NCBI GenBank assembly: GCA_021733945.1
Contig: JAIPJX010000008.1
Coordinates: 12,975 to 76,974, forward strand
DNA from: Verrucomicrobiota bacterium
GTDB taxonomy: Bacteria > Verrucomicrobiota > Verrucomicrobiia > Limisphaerales > SIBE01
Direction of reading: 5' to 3'
Length of the DNA stretch: 64,000 nt
Under the pieces are notes generated by a model. The model was given only the letters and a program-made list of their open reading frames with translations. It did no database searches and was not told the origin of the DNA. A program made the translations under genes and the position numbers. The stretch's first letter is position 1; each line of letters begins with the position of its first letter. Below are positions 16,459 to 24,393 of this stretch, in pieces.

Positions 16459-17550
16459 ATGTCCGATTCAGGCGAAAAGACGGAAAAACCGACAGCCAAA
16501 CGCACCTCTGAGGCGTGGGCGAAGGGGCAGTTTGCCAAGACGGCGGAGATTCAAACGGTTTTTGTGCTGACGGCTGGTCTCTGGATCCTCAGCACCTCGG
16601 GGGATGCGATGATCCGCGTGCTCTCGACTTCAATGGTGCAAACCCTGGGACAGGTGGGGCAACTGTCCCTCTCCACAACTTCCATTTACGGGTATGTGAC
16701 CTCGATCATGGGATGGATGTTGAGTTGCGTATTGCCAATCATGGGCTCGGCTGCGGCTGCGGGGTTGCTGGCGGGCGGGTTGCAGAGCCGCTTTCACCTG
16801 ACCCCCAAGCGGTTGGAGCTGAGCTGGAAGAAGCTGAACCCGATCACGAACGCGCAGCAGCTGTTCAAGCCGATGCCATCGCTGGTTCGAGCCGGTACGA
16901 ACGCATTGAAGTTCATCGTGATTCTTGGATTGACCTACATGGTCATCAAACGCCTTTTGGAACATCCGATCTTCCATTCCGCCACTGATTTTGATCAGGT
17001 GCTGCTTTTCATGGTGGAATCGGTGAAATCGATCACCATGCGGGTTCTCATGGGATTAACCGTGATTGCAGCAGCGGATTACGGGTATCAATTCTGGAAA
17101 AACCAGCAGGACATGCTGATGTCCAAGGAGGACATCAAGGAAGAGACCAAGAGTTCGGAAGGCAGTCCGCAAGCCAAGGGGGAAATGCGCCGTCGTCGTT
17201 CCGCCATTCTTCGGCAGACGTTGATGCAGGAGATCCCCCAGGCCGATGTGGTGGTCACCAACCCGACCCATCTGGCGGTTGCTTTGAAATACGATCGAGC
17301 CACCATGCGGGCACCCCGCGTCATTGCCAAGGGGGCACGGTTTAACGCCTTGAGGATCCGTGAAATAGCGGAGCAATTTCAGATTCCGATTGTCGAGAAC
17401 AAGCCGGTGGCGCGCATGCTCTTCAAGTTCGCCAAGGTGGGGCAGGAAATTCCGCCGGAAGTCTATTCCGCTGTGGCGGAGATCCTTGCCTATGTTTATC
17501 GGACCAACAAGTTCCGTTATCACCTTCAATCCCAGCGGGGTGGCTCATGA
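16459..17550 (+). CDS. flhB: flagellar export switch protein FlhB
   Basis: 363 aa. N-terminal TM domain and autocleavage motif NPTH (VVVTNPTHLAVALKY). Confidence 0.9.
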   Translation: MSDSGEKTEKPTAKRTSEAWAKGQFAKTAEIQTVFVLTAGLWILSTSGDAMIRVLSTSMVQTLGQVGQLSLSTTSIYGYVTSIMGWMLSCVLPIMGSAAAAGLLAGGLQSRFHLTPKRLELSWKKLNPITNAQQLFKPMPSLVRAGTNALKFIVILGLTYMVIKRLLEHPIFHSATDFDQVLLFMVESVKSITMRVLMGLTVIAAADYGYQFWKNQQDMLMSKEDIKEETKSSEGSPQAKGEMRRRRSAILRQTLMQEIPQADVVVTNPTHLAVALKYDRATMRAPRVIAKGARFNALRIREIAEQFQIPIVENKPVARMLFKFAKVGQEIPPEVYSAVAEILAYVYRTNKFRYHLQSQRGGS

Positions 17551-19661
17551 CGACAGCGACCGCCGCCGTCCCGGTAAAACGCTTTTGGAAGTATGGTGAC
17601 CTGGGGTTGGTCGTCTTCATGTTTGGCACCCTGCTGCTGCTCGTGCAGCCGGTGCCTCCGTTTATTCTGGATCTGCTCCTGGCCCTGAGCATTGCGGTGG
17701 GCATGCTGATCATGCTCGTCATCCTCTACCTTCGGGAGCCCTCGGATTTCAGCGGGTTTCCAACTCTGCTCCTGATCATCACCCTGTTTCGGTTGGGGCT
17801 CAATGTGGCGTCCACACGGCTGATCCTTCTGGACGGATATGCCGGGGAGGTGATCAATGCCTTCGGCAACTACGTTGTGAGGGGGAACTATGTCGTTGGC
17901 GCGGTCATCTTCCTGATCCTCACGGTCATCAACTTTATCGTCATCACCAAGGGCGCCGGGCGTATTGCTGAAGTCGCGGCCCGATTCACCTTGGACGCGT
18001 TGCCTGGTAAACAGATGTCCATTGACGCGGAACTCAATGCGGGATTGATCAAGGAGGATCAGGCCCGCGTCCGTCGGACTGCGCTTCAGCAGGAGACAGA
18101 TTTTTATGGCGCCATGGACGGTGCCAGCAAGTTCGTGCGAGGGGATGCCGTGGCGGCGGTGTTGATTACGTTGATCAATATCCTGGGCGGATTCGGAATT
18201 GGGGTGGTTCAGCGGGGGCTCTCGCTGATGGATTCGTTGCAGGTTTACACGGTTCTTTCGATCGGGGACGGTTTGGTGTCGCAGATTCCGGCGCTCGTCG
18301 TCTCGACCGCTGCCGGTATTCTCGTTACCCGGGCCGCCTCCAAGGAGAATCTGGGACACAGCCTCACCCGCCAGCTGTTTTTCTATCCCCGGGCTCTTGG
18401 GATCCTGGCGATCGGGATGGTGGTCTTCGCTTTGGTGCCCGGGTTGCCGTGGATTCCGTTTCTCCTGCTCGCCCTGTTGTTTGGTGGACTCTACCGGGCC
18501 TTGAAGAAGAGCGGGCTTGGAATCGATCTGGAGGGGCAGGAGCTTCTCGAGGCCGGAAAGGCTGGACAGCAGGGGGACGGAAAATCACAGGCCTCGGCAA
18601 AACCCGTGGCCGCTCCCGAGAAACTGGAAACCTTGCTCAATGTCGATACGCTGCAGATCGAACTTGGTTATGGACTGGTTTCGCTGGCCGATGTTCGGAA
18701 GGGGGGGGATTTGCTGGAACGGGTGACCGGGGTTCGCCGGAATTTTGTGCAGGATATGGGGTTTATCATCCCGCCCATTCGCCTGCGGGATAACCTTCAG
18801 TTGGGGCCCAACGAATATCGTTTTCTGCTGCGGGGACATTTTATTGCCACGGGCGAAATCATGCCGGGTCATTATCTGGCCATGAACACCGGGAACAGCA
18901 AGACGACCCTCGCTGGGATCCCCACGACGGAGCCTGTGTTCCAGCTGCCCGCCACGTGGATCAAGGAGATGGACCGGCGCAATGCGGAGGTGGCGGGGTT
19001 TACGATTGTGGACCCCGCTTCGGTGTTGGTCACCCACCTGGGAGAAACCATCAAGCGCAGCTGTCACCAGATCCTGAGCCGTCAGGACGTTCAGGTCTTG
19101 CTCGAGAACCTCAAGCAAAACCATCCCGCGCTGGTGAACGAATTGGTGCCGAGCCTGTTGAGCACTGGGCAGGTCCAGCGGATTCTCCAGAACCTCCTCG
19201 CCGAAGGGGTCTCGATCCGCAATCTCGTCGGTATTCTGGAGCGCGTGGCCGATTATTCCGCGGTGACGAAGAATCCGGATGAATTGTCCGAACAGGCGCG
19301 TCGTGCTCTTGGGGCGCAGATCGTCAAGCCCTATCAGAATGAACAGGGGGCTTTGCAGGCGATCACCATGGACCCCTGGTTGGAGGAGGAAATCTCGAAG
19401 GGACTGCGTCAGTCGTCCAACGAAACGCTCCTGTTCATGGAACCGAAACTCTCCCAGCATCTGACTTATCATCTTTCCAAGCTGGTACAACCCATGATTG
19501 CCGAAGGCAGAGCGCCGGTGATGATTTGCTCGGCGGTCATTCGCCTGGGGCTCCGGCGGTTTTTTGCCGCAAATTTCCCTGAAACGGCATTTCTTGCCTA
19601 TGAAGAGCTGCCCCCCAGAATTGAGATCCATGCTGCCGGTTCCATTCCGAGCCCGGCTTGA
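17547..19661 (+). CDS. flhA: flagellar export gate protein FlhA
   Basis: 704 aa. FHIPEP-type region ...FLILTVINFIVITKGAGRIAEVAARFTLDALPGKQMSIDAE... plus a large cytoplasmic C-domain. ATGA overlap with flhB. Confidence 0.95.
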   Translation: MTTATAAVPVKRFWKYGDLGLVVFMFGTLLLLVQPVPPFILDLLLALSIAVGMLIMLVILYLREPSDFSGFPTLLLIITLFRLGLNVASTRLILLDGYAGEVINAFGNYVVRGNYVVGAVIFLILTVINFIVITKGAGRIAEVAARFTLDALPGKQMSIDAELNAGLIKEDQARVRRTALQQETDFYGAMDGASKFVRGDAVAAVLITLINILGGFGIGVVQRGLSLMDSLQVYTVLSIGDGLVSQIPALVVSTAAGILVTRAASKENLGHSLTRQLFFYPRALGILAIGMVVFALVPGLPWIPFLLLALLFGGLYRALKKSGLGIDLEGQELLEAGKAGQQGDGKSQASAKPVAAPEKLETLLNVDTLQIELGYGLVSLADVRKGGDLLERVTGVRRNFVQDMGFIIPPIRLRDNLQLGPNEYRFLLRGHFIATGEIMPGHYLAMNTGNSKTTLAGIPTTEPVFQLPATWIKEMDRRNAEVAGFTIVDPASVLVTHLGETIKRSCHQILSRQDVQVLLENLKQNHPALVNELVPSLLSTGQVQRILQNLLAEGVSIRNLVGILERVADYSAVTKNPDELSEQARRALGAQIVKPYQNEQGALQAITMDPWLEEEISKGLRQSSNETLLFMEPKLSQHLTYHLSKLVQPMIAEGRAPVMICSAVIRLGLRRFFAANFPETAFLAYEELPPRIEIHAAGSIPSPA

Positions 19662-19787
19662 AGTAATGGGGCTTGCAGCACGGACTCCAGATATCGCCGG
19701 GATCCGCTCCTGCTCCGGGGAGGATGGCAGTCGCTCCGGTCAGGGTGGTTGTGATCGCCCACTCGGGACCATTCGTAGCGCTCAAAC

Positions 19788-20948
19788 ATGAAACTACTGA
19801 CGATTGTTGCCGATTCGGTTGCTGAAGCACTCGCGGAGGTGAACCGACAGCTCGGACCTACGGCCGTGATCGTGAATGTGCGGCGCACGAGCTCTGGCGG
19901 TTTGAGCCGGATATGGAAGAAGCCACAAATCGAGGTGCAGGCGACCGTCCCGGAGCAGGCGCAAAAACCTGAAACCAAACCCAAAGCCCCCCCCCCGAAA
20001 CCTCAACCGGAACCAGGACGCCCAGATCGGCCGGTCGGATTGGATCCTGGCACCCGAAAACGTCCCAGTCTCACACCGCGCCCAACCGAGCGTCCGGCTT
20101 CTTTCAGCGGTTCTCCGAGATCGCAAGGTTCGATTGCCGAGATCTATGGAAGGCCCAAGATTGAGCCCGCAGCCAGGGAACCCCAGCTGAACCTCACGCA
20201 GATGCTCGAAAATCTGGGATTGTTGCCGCTGCATGTGCAATGGCTGAAGGATCAACTCAGGCAGCGGGAGGGGGGGGGGCTCAGAGGAGGTCTGAGAGAG
20301 GAGTTTGGCGCGGTTCAACAGCTTTTGGTCAACTATTGGAATCGTCTGGCGGGTGGTTTTCATCCTCAGGTGGGTGTCACGCGCATTCTCATAGGGACCT
20401 CTGGAGTCGGGAAGACCACGTGCCTGTGCAAATGGCTCACTCAGGAGGTGCTTTTCTCGAATCAGAAGGCGCGTGTTTGGCGGTTGGACGGGACTTGTGC
20501 CAACACGGCGGAATTCCTCAGCATTCACGGGGAAATCCTCGGGGTGCCGGTGGAGCGGGTCTGGAGTGAGGAATTGTACGAACCGACAAACGATGTTCAG
20601 TTTGTTGATCTGCCGGGCGTATCCGCTCAGGATCTTCCGGGAATAGCGGCTTTGAAGCCGTTTTTGAAGCATTTCGAACCGGCCCAGTTCTATCTGGTGC
20701 TGAATGCCGCATACGACCTGAGCCATCTGTTGGATCACGTAAAGGCGTTTTCGGTACTGCCGATTTCCGGCCTCATCCTCACGCATCTCGACGAGGACCG
20801 GCGCTGGGGCAAGTTCTGGAACCTGCTCCTGGGAACCCGGGTTCCAGTGGTTTACCTCTCGGCGGATCAGAATATTCCTGGCGATTTTACGAAAGCGGCC
20901 CCCAGCTCGTTGTTTGATCTTGCTGGGGATCAGGGGCTGGAGTCTTGA
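19788..20948 (+). CDS. flhF: flagellar SRP-type GTPase FlhF
   Basis: 386 aa. N-terminus MKLLTIVADSVAEALAEVNRQLGPTAVIVNVRR, G1 GTSGVGKTT, DLPG, THLDE. Pro/basic-rich B-domain. Confidence 0.8.
   Translation: MKLLTIVADSVAEALAEVNRQLGPTAVIVNVRRTSSGGLSRIWKKPQIEVQATVPEQAQKPETKPKAPPPKPQPEPGRPDRPVGLDPGTRKRPSLTPRPTERPASFSGSPRSQGSIAEIYGRPKIEPAAREPQLNLTQMLENLGLLPLHVQWLKDQLRQREGGGLRGGLREEFGAVQQLLVNYWNRLAGGFHPQVGVTRILIGTSGVGKTTCLCKWLTQEVLFSNQKARVWRLDGTCANTAEFLSIHGEILGVPVERVWSEELYEPTNDVQFVDLPGVSAQDLPGIAALKPFLKHFEPAQFYLVLNAAYDLSHLLDHVKAFSVLPISGLILTHLDEDRRWGKFWNLLLGTRVPVVYLSADQNIPGDFTKAAPSSLFDLAGDQGLES
19987..19996 (+). repeat. C10 homopolymer inside flhF
   Basis: Ten consecutive C covering the codons for APPPKP. 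Confidence 0.95.
20270..20279 (+). repeat. G10 homopolymer inside flhF
   Basis: Ten consecutive G covering the codons for EGGGL. Confidence 0.95.
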
Positions 20949-21013
20949 TCCAGACGGTGTGAGGGAGGGGGCTGGACCCAGTCCGGGTGGTATTTTTGTC
21001 CACATTCTTCCGT

Positions 21014-21029
21014 TGGCAGGTGAATTGCC
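21014..21029 (+). promoter_or_regulatory. candidate sigma-54 promoter upstream of fliW-csrA-flagellin
   Basis: TGGCAGGTGAATTGCC: 10 of 12 defined positions of TGGCACG-N4-TTGCW with correct spacing. Lies in the 224-nt gap after flhF, ~145 nt upstream of fliW. Confidence 0.55.
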
Positions 21030-21098
21030 GAACGGGGGCATTTTTTGCCAGCAGGTGGGGATTAATTTACCTGGTTCTTCGAGGTGGGCTTTCAAGGT

Positions 21099-21121
21099 GG
21101 TAAAAAAAGGGACTTTTTACC
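21099..21121 (+). promoter_or_regulatory. stem-loop presenting a GGA motif (CsrA-site-like) in the fliW leader
   Basis: GGTAAAAA/TTTTTACC is a perfect 8-bp stem with loop AAGGGAC. An orphan AAGGAGG at 21135-21141 follows, with no start codon at Shine-Dalgarno distance. Confidence 0.35.
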
Positions 21122-21154
21122 CCGGAAAACTGAAAAGGAGGTATTTTTCGAACC

Positions 21155-21170
21155 TGGTACAGCCCCTGCT
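21155..21170 (+). promoter_or_regulatory. second, weaker sigma-54-like element abutting fliW
   Basis: TGGTACAGCCCCTGCT: correct GG-N10-GC spacing, 9 of 12 defined positions, with a -12 region (CTGCT) resembling the flgB/flgF elements (GTGCT). Confidence 0.35.
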
Positions 21171-21172
21171 AG

Positions 21173-21625
21173 ATGGGTTTTGGTCATATGCTCACCATTG
21201 AACAAAATCGGCTGGAAGAGAAAGTCATTCCTCTTTTTACGGAGAGTGCCATTGATTTGCGTGTTCCTTGCGGGGTGCTCGGATTCGAGCAGGTCAAGGA
21301 TTACAAATTGCACGCCTTCGAGGACATTTACCCTTTTCTCTGGCTTGAGGCCCTCACCGGAGCGGAGCTCTGTTTCCTGGTGGTGCCGCCGCAGCATGTC
21401 GTCGAGTCCTACAGCATTGAGCTGAGTGACGACGACGTGGCGTTCCTGGGTTTGGAGAATGGGGACGATGCCGTGGTGTTGAACATTGCCACGTTTCACC
21501 CGGACAACTCGATCACGGTCAATCTCAAGGGGCCGATTGTTTACAATCGGAAAACGCTACTGGGCAGGCAGGTCGTTCCCCGGAACGCCGCAGACCTTTC
21601 CATCAAGCACCCGCTCGGGAACTAG
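21173..21625 (+). CDS. fliW: flagellar assembly factor FliW
   Basis: 150 aa (145 aa if ATG 21188 is used). ...IDLRVPCGVLGFEQVKDYKLHAF..., FLVVPPQ..., ITVNLKGPIVYN fit FliW. Followed by csrA, as in the Bacillus fliW-csrA-hag arrangement. Confidence 0.8.
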   Translation: MGFGHMLTIEQNRLEEKVIPLFTESAIDLRVPCGVLGFEQVKDYKLHAFEDIYPFLWLEALTGAELCFLVVPPQHVVESYSIELSDDDVAFLGLENGDDAVVLNIATFHPDNSITVNLKGPIVYNRKTLLGRQVVPRNAADLSIKHPLGN

Positions 21626-21648
21626 GTTCGGAGAAAAACTTTAGAGCC

Positions 21649-21939
21649 ATGCTCGTACTTTCCCGAAGAATCAACGAAAGCATCGTGATTGATGGACGCA
21701 TCACGGTGAGCATCCTCCGCGTGGAGGGTGAGGTGGTCAAGGTGGGGGTCACGGCCCCCAAGGAAATTCACGTCCTGCGCAAAGAGGTGTACGATGAAAT
21801 TCAATCCAACAACCTTCAGGCAGTGGGTGCCTCTAGGTCCGCGTTGGAGCGTCTCTTAAATGGCAAGAAGACTGCTATGCAGGCAAACAAGCGTGAGATG
21901 GAGGCAGTTTGTTCCTCTCCGCAGGCACCGGTCAATTAG
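21649..21939 (+). CDS. csrA: carbon storage/translational regulator CsrA (flagellar type, extended C-terminus)
   Basis: MLVLSRRINESIVIDGRITVSILRVEGEVVKVGVTAPKEIHVLRKEVYDEI is the CsrA fold. 96 aa, i.e. a ~40-aa C-terminal extension. Confidence 0.9.
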   Translation: MLVLSRRINESIVIDGRITVSILRVEGEVVKVGVTAPKEIHVLRKEVYDEIQSNNLQAVGASRSALERLLNGKKTAMQANKREMEAVCSSPQAPVN

Positions 21940-21970
21940 GCGTTAGACAGCTAGAACAGGAATCAAGATT

Positions 21971-22783
21971 ATGGTCATCAACACAAATATTGAGGCGCTT
22001 GTAACCTCAAACAACCTTCAGGCCAGCAGCGCGCGTCTTGCGAAATCGCTATCGCGCCTTAGCTCGGGTACCAAGATTGTGGCGCCTTCCGACGACGCCG
22101 CGGGACTTGCGGTGTCATCCCGGCTGAAAGCGCAGATCGGGCGTCTGGACGCGGCCATGACGAACATCGTCAATGCTGTTTCGTTCACACAGACGCAGGA
22201 TGGGTTCCTCAAAACCGTCGGCAACGCCCTGAGCCGCATGAGCGAACTGGCGATGTTGGCGCAGGACGGAACCAAGTCCAACGACGACCGCGCTCTGTAT
22301 CATGCTGAATTTTCCCAGCTCAAGGACTTCATCTCGGTGACCCAGAGCAAGGAGTTTAATTCGGTCTCGCTCTTCTCCACCGCCACCTTGGATGTCACCA
22401 TCGATTCCTCCGGGAGCACATTCGGGTTGACCGGCATCGACATGAGCGCGGCGAGCTATTCGGCCGCCTATGCCGGGACGCTTGATATTTCCACTTCCCT
22501 TGGAGCCGTGAGCGCGGTTTCCGTGGTTCGGGCTGCCATCGACCGGGTTTCCCTGGATCGCGCCACGCTCGGTTCCCTGCAGGCTCGCCTGAATTTCACC
22601 AGTGAGCAGCTGAGCGTGACCAAGGAAAACCTGAGCGCCGCAACTTCGCGAATCACCGACGTCGATGTGGCCGATGAATCCACCGAATTTGCGCGTGGCC
22701 AAATCCTGGTTCAATCAGGCACGGCGATGTTGGCGCAGGCAAACACGCTCCCGCAGTCCGCCTTGCGTCTGCTCGGCGCGTAG
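21971..22783 (+). CDS. fliC: flagellin paralog 1 (270 aa, D0/D1-only size)
   Basis: MVINTNIEAL...SSGTKIVAPSDDAAGLAVSSRL... N-terminus and ...FARGQILVQSGTAMLAQANTLPQSALRLLGA C-terminus. Confidence 0.95.
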   Translation: MVINTNIEALVTSNNLQASSARLAKSLSRLSSGTKIVAPSDDAAGLAVSSRLKAQIGRLDAAMTNIVNAVSFTQTQDGFLKTVGNALSRMSELAMLAQDGTKSNDDRALYHAEFSQLKDFISVTQSKEFNSVSLFSTATLDVTIDSSGSTFGLTGIDMSAASYSAAYAGTLDISTSLGAVSAVSVVRAAIDRVSLDRATLGSLQARLNFTSEQLSVTKENLSAATSRITDVDVADESTEFARGQILVQSGTAMLAQANTLPQSALRLLGA

Positions 22784-22817
22784 GTCTGATTGGGTTCGCC
22801 TTTTATTACTCTGAGTC

Positions 22818-23636
22818 ATGGCTGTCATTAACACCAACACGGTTGCCGAGCAGACCTCGAACAACCTGCGGGCCAGCACAGCCTCCCTTTCCAAGTCCCT
22901 CTCGCGACTCAGCTCCGGGTTAAAGATCGTCCAGCCTTCCGATGACGCCGCCGGATTGGCGGTGAGTTCCCGGTTGGAGGCGCAAATCCGTCGTCTGGAC
23001 GCGGCCCTCAACAACGTTGTCAATGCGGTTTCCTTCACCCAGACCCAGGATGGGTTTCTGAAGACGGTTGACAAGGCATTGCGCCGGATGGGTGAGCTTG
23101 CGATGCTCTCGCAGGACACCACCAAGTCCCAGTCCGATCGTACGCTTTACAACCAGGAGTATGTTCAGCTTCAGGACTACATCCGCGCCACGGCCACCAA
23201 GGATTTCAACTCCGTTTCGCTTTTCTCATCAACCACCTTTGGTGTGACGATCGATGAGAAAGGAAGCACTTTTGATTTTCCGGGAACCCCCATCCTCAGC
23301 AACGCATCGTATGCGAACGCGATCGATCCATCGATTGACTTGACCACTTCGCTCGGCTCCGTGCAAGCCCTGGCCAACGTCTCCGGGGCAATCAATCAGA
23401 TTGCATTGGACCGTGCTCGTTTGGGTGCCGTTCAATCGCGTTTAAACTTTACGAACGATCAGTTGACGACTACAAAGGAGAACCTGAGCGCAGCAATCAG
23501 CCGGATCTCCGACGTCGACGTGGCCGAAGAGGCAACCCAGTTCGCACGCTTCCAGATTCTGGTGCAGTCCGGCACGACGATGTTGGCCCAGGCAAACGCC
23601 CTGCCGCAATCCGTGCTTGAGCTGCTGCGGTCGTAG
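22818..23636 (+). CDS. fliC: flagellin paralog 2 (272 aa)
   Basis: MAVINTNTVAE...SSGLKIVQPSDDAAGLAVSSRL... and ...FARFQILVQSGTTMLAQANALPQSVLELLRS. By eye roughly two-thirds identical to paralog 1 in the conserved termini. Confidence 0.95.
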   Translation: MAVINTNTVAEQTSNNLRASTASLSKSLSRLSSGLKIVQPSDDAAGLAVSSRLEAQIRRLDAALNNVVNAVSFTQTQDGFLKTVDKALRRMGELAMLSQDTTKSQSDRTLYNQEYVQLQDYIRATATKDFNSVSLFSSTTFGVTIDEKGSTFDFPGTPILSNASYANAIDPSIDLTTSLGSVQALANVSGAINQIALDRARLGAVQSRLNFTNDQLTTTKENLSAAISRISDVDVAEEATQFARFQILVQSGTTMLAQANALPQSVLELLRS

Positions 23637-23816
23637 GCCTGGTTCGGATTGAGTTTCGGGCGATTGTAGGATGCTTGGATCCGCTGTCTTTTAGTCGGTT
23701 GGGCCAGGTGCAACAAAGATACGCATGATGAAAGCCTGGAGTTTTATGCTTGATACCCGGGGTGCGGCAGCTTTGTCTTCGAATCTGGTGAGGAAGTCGT
23801 TGGCCGGCACCCGTTG

Positions 23817-24353
23817 ATGCACGATTTAGACACAGTTCGACGCTGGTATTGTGTTCGAAGCACCTGTGGCTATGAATTGCGAGCTGCGGAGTTGTTGAGC
23901 CGTTCTGTGGGGAATCTTAAGGCTGCAATCGGGGAGGTTGACGTTTTTTGTCCCACTCTTCGAAGGCACATGCGAGTAGGAGGGCATCGTCGTCAGATTC
24001 TTGCCCCCCTGTTTCCAGGTTATTTCTTCAGCCGCTTCAATTTGGGAGTTGCGGCCCGGTTTGTTTCCAGTCGCCCTGGGGTCATAGGGTTGGTTCGATT
24101 TGGGGAGGAACCGGAGTCCGTTTCCGATCGAGTCATCGACGAGCTCAGGGAGACGGAATTTGACTCCGAACTGCATTGTGAAAGATTTTCACCTGGGCAA
24201 CACCTCACCGTTTCCGAAGGTCCGTTCGCGGGTATGGAAGTCGAATACGTTGCCTCGCTCAACGACGGACAGAGAGCGCTGCTTCTGGTGGAGTATCTGC
24301 ACCAAAGGGTGAATTTAGTTATTGAACAAACCTCGTTGGAAGCCGCAGCCTGA
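23817..24353 (+). CDS. NusG paralog (RfaH/UpxY-type specialised transcription antiterminator)
   Basis: NGN-like N-half (WYCVRSTCGYELRAAELL..., VFCPT..., LFPGYFFSRFNL) and KOW-like C-half (GQHLTVSEGPFAGMEVEYV). First gene of the island. ATG 23817 sits one codon inside the track's TTG 23814. Confidence 0.7.
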   Translation: MHDLDTVRRWYCVRSTCGYELRAAELLSRSVGNLKAAIGEVDVFCPTLRRHMRVGGHRRQILAPLFPGYFFSRFNLGVAARFVSSRPGVIGLVRFGEEPESVSDRVIDELRETEFDSELHCERFSPGQHLTVSEGPFAGMEVEYVASLNDGQRALLLVEYLHQRVNLVIEQTSLEAAA

Positions 24354-24393
24354 GGTGGTTCGTCGATTTTGGGGCAACGTGTTTCCCTCTGCA

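Noticed and set aside
17526-21095. Minus-strand ORFs 17526..18359 (277 aa), 18585..19631 (348 aa) and 19794..21095 (433 aa).
   Set aside because: Antisense to flhA and flhF, whose sense frames carry unambiguous motifs. The translations are low complexity.
21084-21425. 113-aa + ORF starting in the fliW leader, which might have used the AAGGAGG at 21135.
   Set aside because: It starts upstream of that SD-like element and runs out of frame through fliW, whose own frame has clear FliW similarity.
23637-23816. Search for a terminator after flagellin 2 and a promoter for the NusG paralog. This included a GGCAC...TGCA element at ~23803-23820.
   Set aside because: Only 4-5-bp stems are present. The sigma-54-like element has 11-nt spacing and overlaps the start codon. 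Nothing supportable.
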